DNA from: Candidatus Bathyarchaeota archaeon
GTDB taxonomy: Archaea; Thermoproteota; Bathyarchaeia; Bathyarchaeales; Bathycorpusculaceae
Direction: 5' to 3'
Length of the DNA: 64,000 nt
Assembly: GCA_963768425.1 (NCBI GenBank)
Contig: CAVYHV010000017.1
Location: forward strand, 1 to 64,000
Shown: positions 1 to 11,382 of the stretch, piece by piece
Layout of the letters: every line of letters starts with the position of its first letter
How positions within the stretch are numbered: the stretch's first letter is position 1
The notes under the pieces: generated by a model
Told to the model about the DNA's origin: nothing
What the model saw: the letters and a program-made list of their open reading frames with translations, nothing else
The model's database searches: none
Position numbers and translations under genes: made by a program

Positions 1-120
1 GACTATTATTTCGATTCCAAATCGTTTACATGAATACAACTTTTTAACTTGGTAATGTACTCAGAACATCAAGTAAGTAAACGTATACAACGCTTACGAA
101 ATACATTACCCTAATAGCTG

Positions 121-315
121 GTGAACACAATGGGTGAAAGAACTAAACTTTCGATAGATACGCCATGCAATGAATCCATTAGAAAAACAGTGCCCATGAG
201 TATTTATAAATATTATAAACTCAAAGAAGGAAATATTCTTGAATGGGATTTTGAAGCAAGAAATAACGAAACGATTCTCGTTGTTAAACCCGTTAAAAGT
301 GAAAAAGGAGCCTGA
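121..315 (+). CDS. Small AbrB/SpoVT-like DNA-binding protein, putative R-M controller (start may be ATG 130)
   Basis: 64 aa; SIRKTVPMSIYKYYKLKEGNILEW resembles the AbrB swapped-hairpin pattern; directly upstream of the MTase. Confidence 0.55.
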   Translation: MNTMGERTKLSIDTPCNESIRKTVPMSIYKYYKLKEGNILEWDFEARNNETILVVKPVKSEKGA

Positions 316-321
316 AAGAAG

Positions 322-1359
322 GTGGAGGGCCAAGAAGTTCCAGTGGAAACACCATACACGGATATGTTAACAAACTTAAAGAATATGGAAAGTCCTATTA
401 CCGCAAGAGCGGAGTCTATGGAGCTTCTGTCATTCGAGCATGAAAAAACCAGTCATTCATCTGAACTGAAAAAGGTAACTCCATCGAAAGTCGCTATTCT
501 ACATGACCGCACATGTAATTGTGCGTCAAACCATCTTAATTGCTTAACCGCGAAGGAATGGCTGAAAAGCCAATTGGGAGTTTGGGAGTTTTATTACAAT
601 GGCAGAGACGTAAGAGACAAAAATATTCATCCAGCAGTTTTCCCGCTTTCTCTCGCCAAACGGGTAATTGAAGTTTTCTCTCATAAAGGTGAGTTGGTAA
701 TTGACCCGTTCACCGGGATAAGCACGACTCTTTTAGCGGCTAGAGACTTGGAAAGAAACGCGGTAGGTTTTGATATTAACCCCAAATATATTGAGTTTTC
801 AAAAAATCGCTTATCCGAAACCGCTTTAGTTGGTTCCGCTCAACAAATTCCAATATTGGACGATGCGCGAAAGGTTGCTCAATACTTAGAGAACGGTGTT
901 GTTTCGCTTTGTTTTACGTCGCCGCCTTACGCGAATCTTCTTAATAGACAACGGTTGAACAAGAGCCGAAGAGGAAACCAGAGAAAGAATGAACAATATC
1001 TGAAGGTTGAACAATACAGTCAAGATGAACGCGATCTGGGAATGTTAGAAATGGAAAAGTACGCTAACGCAATTATGGAAATATACCGAGACATTAAGCC
1101 TATTATGAAGCCGAAAGGTCACGCCGTAATAAACATCCCTGATATGTGGTGGAGCGCTGTAAAATATGGCAAACGGGTTCCTCTCCATATAGCTGTCTAT
1201 AATGCAATGAAGGAAGCAGGTTACGAATTAAGAAACACCATAATTTGGGATAGAAGGAATATCGTTAACGGTGTAGGAATTTTTGGGTACCCATCTAACT
1301 ACATAACTATGGGAACAACATTTGAGTATTTAATGGACTTTTGGGTGCCGCCTACTTAA
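322..1359 (+). CDS. N4-cytosine/N6-adenine DNA methyltransferase, permuted motif order
   Basis: HPAVFP...VIDPFTGISTT (SAM-binding motif I) followed by catalytic FTSPPY. Confidence 0.9.
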   Translation: MEGQEVPVETPYTDMLTNLKNMESPITARAESMELLSFEHEKTSHSSELKKVTPSKVAILHDRTCNCASNHLNCLTAKEWLKSQLGVWEFYYNGRDVRDKNIHPAVFPLSLAKRVIEVFSHKGELVIDPFTGISTTLLAARDLERNAVGFDINPKYIEFSKNRLSETALVGSAQQIPILDDARKVAQYLENGVVSLCFTSPPYANLLNRQRLNKSRRGNQRKNEQYLKVEQYSQDERDLGMLEMEKYANAIMEIYRDIKPIMKPKGHAVINIPDMWWSAVKYGKRVPLHIAVYNAMKEAGYELRNTIIWDRRNIVNGVGIFGYPSNYITMGTTFEYLMDFWVPPT

Positions 1360-2140
1360 CCCAATATTTCTTAAAAGTTGGTATTTCCAAGTTCGCCAAT
1401 TGCGAATATCCGACGACAATGGATTCATCGTTAAACTTTTCTTGTTTCAGCTTATCCCAAACAACTAGGTGAGCGTTATGGTCTCGCAGTCTATTGATTA
1501 TTGATTGGGCTATTGTTTCGTCTGCTGTGCAAAGAAAAGCATTTGGACATTTCGTTTCATATATTTCTTCAACTACATTTTGCCATCTCTCTCGTAATGT
1601 CCTTTTGGCGGAAAGAAGGATACTTCGAGTTTTATCTCTGTTGAATGCTGTAGCGGATGGTAGCATGAAGTCTGAGTGGTATGTTCGTATTTGTTTGTCA
1701 AACGGTATGTCTGCGAGTGTGAGTAATTGACCTATTTGTTCTTCAAAATCTTTGCCACCGCGTTGCTTTCTAGAATTACTTCGGCTTAGAAAGACATGCC
1801 AAAGGTCAGGATACAGTAATTCCAGGGATTCGCCAACTTTTTCCGCAAATGGCATTTTTGGGTTTGTTGTTTCAATTACATTTAGGTTGTTTGACCGTAG
1901 AATGGAGAGTTGATGTAGTGCTTTAGGATACACTTTTAATTCATATTTTTCCAGAACGTCTAAAGATTTTTCGAATGCGGTACGTAGGTAGAGGTTAAAA
2001 TTTTTTAGTACGTCGTCCGGAGTTTTGCCGGTTGGATTTACTGATGATGCTTTGGTTAGCCCAAGTTCGGTTAAGGCTTGTTGCACGATGACTCGACGAG
2101 AGTATATACTTCTGGTTTTTTCAGTGACAAGTTTATTCAA
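1352..2140 (-). CDS. Type II restriction endonuclease, EcoRII C-terminal-like family
   Basis: SRKQRGGKDFE...SDF...SAKRTLRERW motifs; convergent with the MTase, 8-bp overlap. Confidence 0.85.
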   Translation of the reverse strand: MNKLVTEKTRSIYSRRVIVQQALTELGLTKASSVNPTGKTPDDVLKNFNLYLRTAFEKSLDVLEKYELKVYPKALHQLSILRSNNLNVIETTNPKMPFAEKVGESLELLYPDLWHVFLSRSNSRKQRGGKDFEEQIGQLLTLADIPFDKQIRTYHSDFMLPSATAFNRDKTRSILLSAKRTLRERWQNVVEEIYETKCPNAFLCTADETIAQSIINRLRDHNAHLVVWDKLKQEKFNDESIVVGYSQLANLEIPTFKKYWVK

Positions 2141-2614
2141 GCGGTTATTTATGGTTCATTTCACTTTTAAGACTTGGCACTTACCCCACGTAATAGCGAT
2201 TGAAAACGTGGTTGCAAATTTTTTAAAAACCATTTATAATTTTAGAGGATTTTCTATCTAACAGCCTGGAGGAATTAGTTCTATAAGTATCAGCGTGAAA
2301 TTACTATTATTGTATACTTAGTTCAGTCAATTTTCCATAGAACAAGCTCTTTTCTTATCCGTCTGTGCATTCGATGGCTTAAGACTAAGAACACCGTTAA
2401 ATTAGATTGCGTTCAACGAACAATAATGCGCAATTATTCAAAGATAAGAGTTATCGCTTCCCTAAGTTCGGCAGAGATATTTTCCGCTCTGATTGTCGCC
2501 ATTTTTTGGTGGATGGCAAAGGGTTTTCTAATCATCTTCAATTGCTGATTATTCAAAGCAAGTTAAGGGAGTCAACAGCTTAGTGTAATCAAAGTGATTA
2601 TCGAATCTACATTA

Positions 2615-3229
2615 TCACGCGATCAGTTCTAACAAAGGATGGTTTTTTGTTATGTTACTATTCCGTGTACTTGGATAAGCATAAAGTACCACTCTGTAAT
2701 TATCTACCTGAATCACTTTGCCGCAATCTCTTTTAACTCGATAATTGTTTAATTGTTCAAAACCATCAAGCTGCCCTAATCCCTTTCTTGCCGTATCTCC
2801 AAGCAATACGATGTTCTTAGGCTGAATGTACTCAATTTCTTCTCTCAGAAATCGACAAGCGCAATTGGTAATTATTTCAATTGGTACTTGTCCAAGTTCC
2901 TCTTTGTTTAGACGGCACTTAATAGTGTCAGTTAAAAAATTCTTTTCAAGGAAAGTTTCCAACCCTTTCTTATGGCAATCATCAATTCCAAGCTGCTTCA
3001 AAAGCCCTCTTCTGAGTGCGCCATTTGGAATCTCGGTATTATAGAAATACCGTGGTTCTTTAGATGGTGGTGCTTCTGCAATGAATAGGTTCCTAACTGT
3101 TCCACGTTTCAGATAATTATACGAACCAAATTCTATACATGCCTTGGGCTGAAATTTTAGTGCTTGGCAGTATGATTTGAATTTTGAGCAATCGTTACAT
3201 TTCTCTAATCGTTTGAGTAGATCTTTCAT
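2615..3229 (-). CDS. Uracil-DNA glycosylase-like superfamily protein
   Basis: N-terminal CxxC, FIAEAPP motif A, TDTIKC, LLG, YPST motif B-like. Confidence 0.7.
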   Translation of the reverse strand: MKDLLKRLEKCNDCSKFKSYCQALKFQPKACIEFGSYNYLKRGTVRNLFIAEAPPSKEPRYFYNTEIPNGALRRGLLKQLGIDDCHKKGLETFLEKNFLTDTIKCRLNKEELGQVPIEIITNCACRFLREEIEYIQPKNIVLLGDTARKGLGQLDGFEQLNNYRVKRDCGKVIQVDNYRVVLYAYPSTRNSNITKNHPLLELIA

Positions 3230-3295
3230 AAAAAATATCTTATTGCTGTAGCCAAATAAAGTTGTTTAAGCGGATTTGCAGACTAAGAAGACAAA

Positions 3296-4123
3296 GTGTT
3301 TTATTGGCTTCAGTTGATAATGGCTATTGCTTACATAGGAATGAAATTAATGGGTAACTGTCCATCTTGTGGTGCAAGTTCTCTTTTCGGAGTAAATACT
3401 AAACAATGTGCATGGTGTGGGAAAATAGTTTGTAATAAGTGCGTACCTCAATTGCATGGTTCATTGTCCATAAAGGTGGGAGCCTATTATGAAATTCATG
3501 GTTTTTGCTCCGAGGGTTGCCACAATTCGTTCTGGTGGAAAGTTTTTGTTGATTATCCATTGCATAATATAGGGACAGACATTGAACGCTTCGGTGGAAC
3601 AATTATCGATCTATGGAACGATGCGATTTTCAATGCAATCATGAATGCCAATCCTGCAGTCGTCAAATCATTGGAGTCAAAGGCAAAGAACGCAATTGCC
3701 ATGCATAACTCAGCCTCCACTGCTTTTCCTTGGTTTACATCCTCTGGTACGACTATTCCAGAATTCGAAAAGTTCCATACTAATTGTAAGACTGCGCTGG
3801 CTGAAAACCTCGAGAAATGCGGAAGAACGCAAGACGCTGCGAAAGTCTTTGAAGAAATGCGAATGTACGATAAAGCAAGAGAGCTAAGAGAAAAAGATCG
3901 GCAATTAATAATTAAGAAAACTGACGTTTCTGTGAATTTGAATGCTTTGCTGCAACAAGTTAAGGATGGTGGAATCGTAGCTGTTTTCCGTTGTCCTCAT
4001 TGTGGCGGAAAATTGAAGGTAGGCAGTCAAACGACGTTGAATTCTCTTAGAGTTTGTGAGCATTGCAATTCTGAGATTGACACTATGGATTTAGCTGATT
4101 TTTTGAAAACTGTCCTAACTTAG
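3296..4123 (+). CDS. Multi-zinc-ribbon hypothetical protein (true start probably about 3341-3350)
   Basis: CPSC, CAWC, CNKC, CSEGC, CPHC, CEHC. Confidence 0.7.
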   Translation: MFYWLQLIMAIAYIGMKLMGNCPSCGASSLFGVNTKQCAWCGKIVCNKCVPQLHGSLSIKVGAYYEIHGFCSEGCHNSFWWKVFVDYPLHNIGTDIERFGGTIIDLWNDAIFNAIMNANPAVVKSLESKAKNAIAMHNSASTAFPWFTSSGTTIPEFEKFHTNCKTALAENLEKCGRTQDAAKVFEEMRMYDKARELREKDRQLIIKKTDVSVNLNALLQQVKDGGIVAVFRCPHCGGKLKVGSQTTLNSLRVCEHCNSEIDTMDLADFLKTVLT

Positions 4124-4688
4124 GTGTGCCAGAGGTGGCGCTAAATCTTTCCGATGCTTGTTTTCGTCTTTTGCTGTTATTGCACTTTCTTTTGCTTCAG
4201 CGCACTAAGGATACGACAATTTCTTGCTGTACGTACATTCAACTCTTAGCTATCATCTTAGGATTGACAAAAGAAAAAACGTGCAGGCAGTTTCTCCAAC
4301 CCTGAAAGGGTCCATTCTAATTTTTGGTTTGCTAAACTATGCCTGCATTGATTTCTCCTGTAGGACGCAGGAGCGCGCTGGGTCTTCAAACTCTATTGTA
4401 GATTTTAGATTGTAGTCTTCATCTCGTTCGATCGTTATTTTCTTTCTTTCTTTAGGAAGGTTTTGATTGTCTTCAACATTGGTTATGGATATTGGCTTAT
4501 TCAGCATTTCCCATTCAAGGTACAGGATAGTATCCGATTGGTTACTCGGGGCAGCAGTCCTCGTTAAAACTAAGCATCAATGGCTAATTATATTTGTCCA
4601 TATAAGCTTCCAAAAGCCGGTCTCCTCACAACGCAAAGATGGCTACATCAGCTTAGCAAATCTTTTAAACAAAACTAACCAATCTTAA

Positions 4689-5504
4689 TTGGACTTAGTA
4701 ATTGAGGAATCAATGATGAACTCTTCCAATTTTCTTTCAGCCCTTGAAAACATATTGTCAGAAGGTGTAACAAGCAACTATCCCAACAGTTGGAATGAGG
4801 ATCAAATTACCTATAGCATTTTAGATGGAATAAGACGAGAATTTGGAAAAAGAATTGTCATCGAGGGCTTTCGAGAAAATATGAAAATACAATGGGAATT
4901 TTGGAAACACCCTGAGAAAAAAAGTGAGTTCAGTTATGAAGATTTGGCATTTGTAGTTGACATTTTGCATAAAGACGGTGACAGATTGGAAGGTGTTGCT
5001 TTTATCGAGGCTAAGAAACGGCACAGAGATAAAACAACCTTTGAAGCATTAGATATGAGTCAGCTGCAACGCATAGTTGGGAACTCAAAGAAGTCAATGA
5101 TGCTACTATATGACTACGATGATATCACAAAATTCGCTAATATTCAACTACCGCGCAGTGAAGGAAGATGGCTGCCTCGAAAATCGGTAACAAACTCGGT
5201 GATTACACCGATAGAGACTGTGCTTAAGGTTAACAAAAACGATACGTCAATTTACAAATACACTTTACCATTTTCCTACCAAATATTCTACCGATTTTTC
5301 AATGGATTTGATTTGGAATTTGATGCAAGTACTCTTCAAATAGTAAAGGGATTAGCTGAAAAAAACAAAGTCCCGACTTATGTTATTACTGCATCGGTCA
5401 GTTTTGCGGACTATCAAGACAATAGGTCCATCGAACTTAACAAAGAAGTATTTGAGCCTTTCAAAAACAAAGAGAACCATGATTCTCTGCCTCACTATCA
5501 ATAG
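4689..5504 (+). CDS. Hypothetical protein with PD-(D/E)xK nuclease-like motif
   Basis: EDQIT...EDLAFVV...FIEAKK pattern; 271 aa. Confidence 0.55.
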   Translation: MDLVIEESMMNSSNFLSALENILSEGVTSNYPNSWNEDQITYSILDGIRREFGKRIVIEGFRENMKIQWEFWKHPEKKSEFSYEDLAFVVDILHKDGDRLEGVAFIEAKKRHRDKTTFEALDMSQLQRIVGNSKKSMMLLYDYDDITKFANIQLPRSEGRWLPRKSVTNSVITPIETVLKVNKNDTSIYKYTLPFSYQIFYRFFNGFDLEFDASTLQIVKGLAEKNKVPTYVITASVSFADYQDNRSIELNKEVFEPFKNKENHDSLPHYQ

Positions 5505-5570
5505 GTACATGCTAAGAAAACAACCTAAAAATGGCTTGGAACGTCGGAGAAGAAAAAAAGGGGAATTCTT

Positions 5571-5603
5571 GCGGGTGATATCTCCACTTTGCCTTGGGTT
5601 CAA
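5571..5603 (+). repeat. att-like repeat copy (dyad arm + T-loop core, no tRNA tail)
   Basis: gcgggtgatatctccac-tttgcctt-gggttcaa. Confidence 0.85.
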
Positions 5604-5708
5604 GATTACTCGTTATCTAAATTGGACCAGGGGTTAAACTAAAACAGGATAACTTATCTTGAAACAAAAAGCTCAAATCATTATCAAAAGTTTCAAACCA
5701 AAACCGCG

Positions 5709-8700
5709 TTAAGTCTGAACATCTACCAACGAGCTTTTTTTGAGCTTCTTAGAATTAAGCAAAGCTGCAATGCAGAGTGTTGCTATAGCGAACAATGACA
5801 ACATTACTAATGAAGGAAATTCTGGAGTTTCTTGTGTTCCGAGTGCTATAACTATGGTGTGGCTACTGTGATGGTACGAAAAAGTTATCAGCCAAACATT
5901 TCCCTCCGAAATCGAGTTGTAATTGATCGATGCGCCGTCTAACATCACATTGAGTTTTGACATGTCTGGTATAAGTGATTGCGGAATACAAACTGTCGTC
6001 ACTCCTGTTGTTCCTGAAGGCCCAGAAACGCCGAAACTTAATTCATTTGTTGTTGAGTCAAACATTAAGCTTGTAAGCGTTGAATTTGAAGTTACAGAAA
6101 AGACATTTTGTTCTTGATTATTGAATGGTGCGATTGCAAAGTTTTTTATCGCATTTGAATTTGAATATGTGTTGTCGCCTGACCACGTAGCTTCAATAGC
6201 ATAATTACCTGAAACAGAAGGATTCCACACACAGGTGAAACTTCCGTTATTATCTGTGTTTACGTAAGTTAAGTCTTGCCAAGTTGCACCATTTGTGACA
6301 CTATCAGAAAGTTGTATTCCAGCATCAGAAATGCCAGCTCCATTATATGTTAATGAACCTTGGATTTGAACGTTAAATCCGGAAGTTGTCGTAGAACTTA
6401 TGCAATAGAATGATAAGTTCGGGGATGGCAGTTTTGGTGCTGGTGTAGGAGTCGGAGTAGATATTGGGGTTGGCGTGGGTGATTGTGAAGGCGTTGAGGT
6501 CGGTGCTGGTGTTGGAGTTGGCGTACTGCTGTCCGATATGGCCGAAACCGTGTTGGACCCATCATTGGCTACGAATACTTCGCCCGTGCCAGAATCATAA
6601 GCCACACTCGCAGGGGAGGTTCCACGGTTACGGTTGCAACCACGGTATTAGTGCTGTCCGATATAACTGAAACCGTGTTGGAAAGATAATTGGCTACGAA
6701 TATTTCGCCTTTGCCCGAATCATAAGCCACGCCCGCAGGGCGGTTTCCAACGGTCACGTTTGCAACCGCCGCATTAGTGCTGTCCGATATGACCGAGACC
6801 GTGTTGGACCCAGCATTGGCTACGAAGATTTCGCCCTTGCCAGAATCATAAGCTACACCCTCGGGGTCGATTCCTACGGTTACGGTTGCAACCACGGCGT
6901 TGGTGCTGTCCGATATAACCGAAACCGAGCCAGAGTTGTAATTGGCAACGAATATCTCGCCCTTGCCAGAATCATAAGCTACGCCCTCGAGGGTAGTTTC
7001 CCACGGTTACGGTTGCAACCACGGTATTAGTGCTGTCCGATATGACCGAGACCGAGTTGGAACCTTGATTGGTTACGAAGATTTCGCCCTTGCCAGAATC
7101 ATAACAAGACCCACGGGATCGGTTCCCACGTTCACGGTTGCAACCACGGTATTAGTGCTGTCCGATATGACTGAGACCGTGTCAGAATACTGATTGGCTA
7201 CGAAGTATTTCGCCTTTGCCAGAATCATAAGCTACGCTGTCGGGGTAGTTTCCTACGGTTACGGTTGCAACTACCGCATTAGTGCTGTCCGATATGACCG
7301 AGACAGAGTCGGCTCCCAGATTGGTTACGAAGATTTCGCCCTTGCCAGAATCATAAGCTACACCATAGGGAGCGGTTCCAACCGTTATCGTGGCTATTGT
7401 AGTGGGCGTAGGTATTGGGGATGGTGAAGGCGATTGAGTCGGCGCTGGCGTTGGAGTTGGGGTTGCAGTGGGTGTTGGAGTTGGTGAAGGTGTGGTCGAT
7501 TGGCCGACGAAAAAGAATGTTGTGGCTCGGCCTCCTGGGGTGCCATTGGCGGTAACGTTATACGTGCCCGGAGAGACTTGCGGAACTGAGAATTGGACAC
7601 TTCCATTTCCAGTGGCTGACATTAATGTCCCCACCCTAGTTGTGCCAAAGCCGATTATTATTGTAACATCTGTAGGAAACCCAGACAGTTCAGCCACCAC
7701 TCCTGTGCCCGCTTGACCTATGTCAGGATCCAGCGTTATGGATGGGTTGGTTTGTGTGGGCGTGGGAGTTGGCGTTGGAGTAGCGACAGGTTGAGAAGCT
7801 ATACTTACGTTATTTACTGTGTAGTTTCCACCATTCTCGGTTGCGCCAAACCCGATATACTGCAGTTGATTAAATTGTGGGGAACTCATATCTGTAGCTG
7901 AATAGCTCCAGAGCAGATTGCCATTTACATCGTAAACTAATGCTGTGACGTTATATGGGTTACTTTGGACAATTAACTTCATCGTGAACCAAACATTTTG
8001 TTGAATAATCGGCGAAGTGTATTCATTCCATATCCAGCCTCCAGCGCCATTTTGGTTATATTCAGAACTTGTCGTGTTGACCTCTCTTGCTAACAAGAAG
8101 CTACCATTGTCCCTTGAATCAAACTCAAAATTTACGCCATTAGTGGAACCCGCAAACGGCAAGTCGCTCCGCAACTCAAGTGCAAAACCATTCAAGCTCT
8201 GGGAATTAACATTTAATGAAGCGCTGAAATCTCCCTGAGGCACTGAAGTGTATAAAATATACCATTGCCCTTGGGGCTCATCAATCTGAATCGTACCGTT
8301 ATCGCTGAAAGTAGTATAAGCATTCCAATTATGTACGCCGTTAACATAAGTTCCGCTTTCAACATTCCATGTCTCTGGTGTGTTAATTGCAAAAGTTGCT
8401 GAGATTGTGGTTGCTCCTTGAATGTCTTGGACCTTATAAGAGCTAACTACTCCAATGGAAGTTCCATTAACATAAACCTCAGTTATGTGGTAACCTGTAT
8501 TCGGAGTTATAGTAAAAGTCTGACTGCTACCATAATTAACGCTTACAACTCCACTTGGGCTGATAGAGCCACCATCTCCAGCGGAAGCAATAATGTAAGT
8601 TGGGACTTCCATATTTGGGGAAGTTAAGAACGGACTAAACAAAACTTTTCCTAAGTTGTAATTGTCATAATAATCATAAAGTGTCTGACTAATTGCTTGA

Positions 8701-9620
8701 GTGTTGGTTGTTCCCCACCAGTTGAAAGTCGTATTTACGTTGTCTGGAATCCCTAAATCGCCACCCATATTAACGTTGTAACCAGTGTTTGCATAAATGT
8801 TGTTATATTCGATTGTTGCAAGTAATGGATTAGGATACCAATTTTCATTGAGCGAAATTCCAACGCTATTATTTGCTATAGTATTGTTTTCGATAATATC
8901 GCTATAATTGGGGTTTGGACCATTAACCCAAATTTCAATTCCATTTGTGTTATTAATTATTAGATTTCCTTCAATCAGATTATATGCAATTGAGTTTTCT
9001 ACAGGAACGCTAGCATCAATTCCCGCCCCTGAGCAATCTGAAATTATATTGTTTAAAATGTCTGCATTTGCCGTGCCTTCCCAGTTTAGAGTGACCCCTT
9101 GACCTGTTATCGTGTTGTTAGAGATGGTTGGTTCACCGATAGCTACTTCCAATTGGTTGCCAATACTAATCCCGCCCGTAATAGTATTGTTGTTTATCAT
9201 AGTTGAATCTTCAAGGGATAAGGCGGAACTAACGATTGCGTTTTGAATTATGCACCCTGTACCAGTGGATTCAGCCCAATTAGTGCTGTATGGCGTAAAA
9301 TCTATTTCCCCAGAATTAAGGGTGATTATGCTGGAACTATTTCCGATTGCTTGTAACGTACCATTTACTGTTAAAGAGTAGCTGCTAAGATTCACGGTAA
9401 CCCCTGCTTCAATCCTCAAGGTTACTCCATTACTTACAAGAACATTTCCCGTTAATGTGTACGGACTGTTTGCTTGCACCCATGTAGTGTTTGAAGTGAT
9501 TATGCCTTCGCTGATGTTTGTGCCGTTTTGAGCCGTGCCAAAATGCACAGTAGTAACTCCAACCATTGAGGATACTAAGAGTGCAAAGATGATTGTTAGT
9601 GCTAATGCTGTTCTTTTCAT
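5709..9620 (-). CDS. Large cell-surface protein: signal peptide, beta-helix/NosD-like region, PT linkers, YVTN beta-propeller, PEF-type C-terminal anchor (split by frameshifts into ORFs 7182-9620, 6569-6895, 5709-6605)
   Basis: Repeated VAYDSGKGEIFVAN...NTVSVISDSTN; C-terminal TPEFPS + TM helix + basic tail. Confidence 0.8.
6520..7390 (-). repeat. About 7 tandem ~126-bp repeats encoding YVTN propeller blades
   Basis: tgctgtccgata recurs at about 6527, 6652, 6778, 6904, 7031, 7156, 7283. Confidence 0.9.
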
Positions 9621-9876
9621 GAGGCACCAATTAATAAAATGTTTAACTTCCCCTTACGTTTTGTGTTCTCAGGTCATTTCTACGCAATGCAGATTTAAAA
9701 TTTCGCACTTATTACATAATGAAAAAATCAGCGCTAAAAATTGTGGTAACTTTTTTTAAAAGTATGATGGGGTTTTGGTACGACTGGAAGAGCATACCAA
9801 TCAATGAGCATACACGCAAGAATTGCCCTAATCAAGCTTACTTCTCCCTGAGAGTGTAATTCCATACCAAGCTCAA

Positions 9877-10001
9877 TCATGAAAACCTGTGGCCGCATTC
9901 ACGGCAAATGTAGCGCTGCGTTTCTCCTGACGAGTGTATCTTATCCCATCTTTGCAGCTTCTTTCACTGCGACATGCAGGGCAGTTGAAGACTTTCTCCA
10001 A
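9877..10001 (-). pseudogene. Small InsA-like zinc-ribbon ORF (one frameshift); resembles the N-terminal Zn ribbon of IS1-type/archaeal integrase proteins
   Basis: MEKVFNCPACRSERSCKDGIRYTR then shifted frame TQRYICRECGHRFS*. Confidence 0.6.
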
Positions 10002-10063
10002 TTCGTTTGCATCCTTCCAACTTTTTATTCCAATTATGCGTCTCAAGGAAAAAAGAGGGTTTT

Positions 10064-10186
10064 GCGGGTGATATCTCCATTTTCGCTTGGGTTCAAATCC
10101 CCCCCAGTCCAAAAGGCAGTCCGAACCCAAGAAAGTGCTAATCACATCTAGCACTTTTGGGTTCAAATCACATAGAGACTCAAACC
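10064..10186 (+). repeat. att-like repeat, long form (arm + core + tRNA-Ala 3' end + hairpin + second core + catagaga tail)
   Basis: gcgggtgatatctccat-tttcgctt-gggttcaaatcccccccagtcca...gaacccaagaaagtgcta/tagcacttttgggttc-aaatcacatagagact. Confidence 0.9.
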
Positions 10187-10284
10187 GCTTCAAGCTCGAA
10201 TCCAATTAATTTTGTTCCCGCTCGCTTTCCTGTTTTCTTTGTTTCTCCGGAAACTTGTGCCTCATAGATGACAGGCATTAGTGA

Positions 10285-11324
10285 CTATTTTATTTTGACT
10301 TTTTCCATAATTGATCCTATGTGTCTAATAGCGGTTGGATCAACACCTTTCTTGGTTTCAAGGTACTTTTGCATTTTTTCTACACCGATCAAGTTTCTTA
10401 CAACATCTGCCTCTTTGACCTGTTCTCTCTGATTGAAACTTCCGTATTTTACTGGATTGTCAACAAAAAGTTGATACTCAAGGTTTTCTTTCAAAAATCG
10501 CTTCGCTCTTGGTGGGGATTTAGGTCTTTTGCCATCACCACCACCTTTAGTTTTAAACGTACTTCCAAAAGCATCTACGTACGTAAAGAGGCTAAGAAAG
10601 TCATCAGCTCTTGACACGTATTCCTCAAATGCTGGAATCCCAAGGTTACATGCATAAATGAATGTTTGATTTAAGGGAATGACTTCGTTAATTTCATAGA
10701 GAATAGAGCGAAGGTCACCAATATGATTGAGCAAGTCTCTGTTCCCAACATCAATCGCATAGGCATTGAACCCTTTTGCCAAATACAAATCAACAAAAGG
10801 CTTTGAAAATTTGAAAGGCAACAATGGTATTGTTCCAACAAACGCTTTGAAGTTTTTCAACTCGCTAATATCAATTAGATCACGTAAAAAGGCAACACAT
10901 TCCGTAATTTTCTTCTCCGAAAAAGTCTTGTTTACTTGCAGCATTTTGGTCCTAACAGTAGGAACAAATAATGCGGATTCGCTAGAAGCGTACCAATAGC
11001 TTGACAAAGACTTGGTTAATTCGTGAGATGGCGCTTCATCAAACATTAAGTCAAAAATAGTCAAATTTAGCTTGTTAGGTAGGCATCGCAACAATAGGTC
11101 TTTTGGTTGCTCATTTCCAGTTTCTAAAAGATTCTAATGTGCGTAAACTCACTCTCTTAGTAACCTCGTTTATTTGTGCAGTAGAGGGTATTGGGGCTTT
11201 CTAAGTTCTTGATACATTTGGTTGGGGTTTCAAAAGACGGCGTCCTAATTACCGATACTTCCTTTCTAATAACCCCATAATCGTCGTCTCTGCATCGTTC
11301 GCGGATTGCTATCTTTGATGCCAT
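10285..11324 (-). CDS. Hypothetical protein, possibly tRNA-guanine-transglycosylase-like TIM barrel (5' part frameshifted)
   Basis: ORF 10285-11094 plus upstream MASKIAIRERC...SFETPTKC; the N-terminal TP motif and GTIP/AID/DAFG segments are loosely TGT-like. Confidence 0.4.
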
Positions 11325-11382
11325 AACGATTAATAATAACTTAAAAAGGTTTAAATATTTATAGGTAGGTCGTGGGGAAAGT

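Noticed and set aside
10119-10168. Canonical integron attC / IntI system
   Set aside because: Ends do not fit RYYYAAC/GTTRRRY, most sites lack the hairpin, cargo is in both orientations with its own upstream regions, and no intI is in the window.
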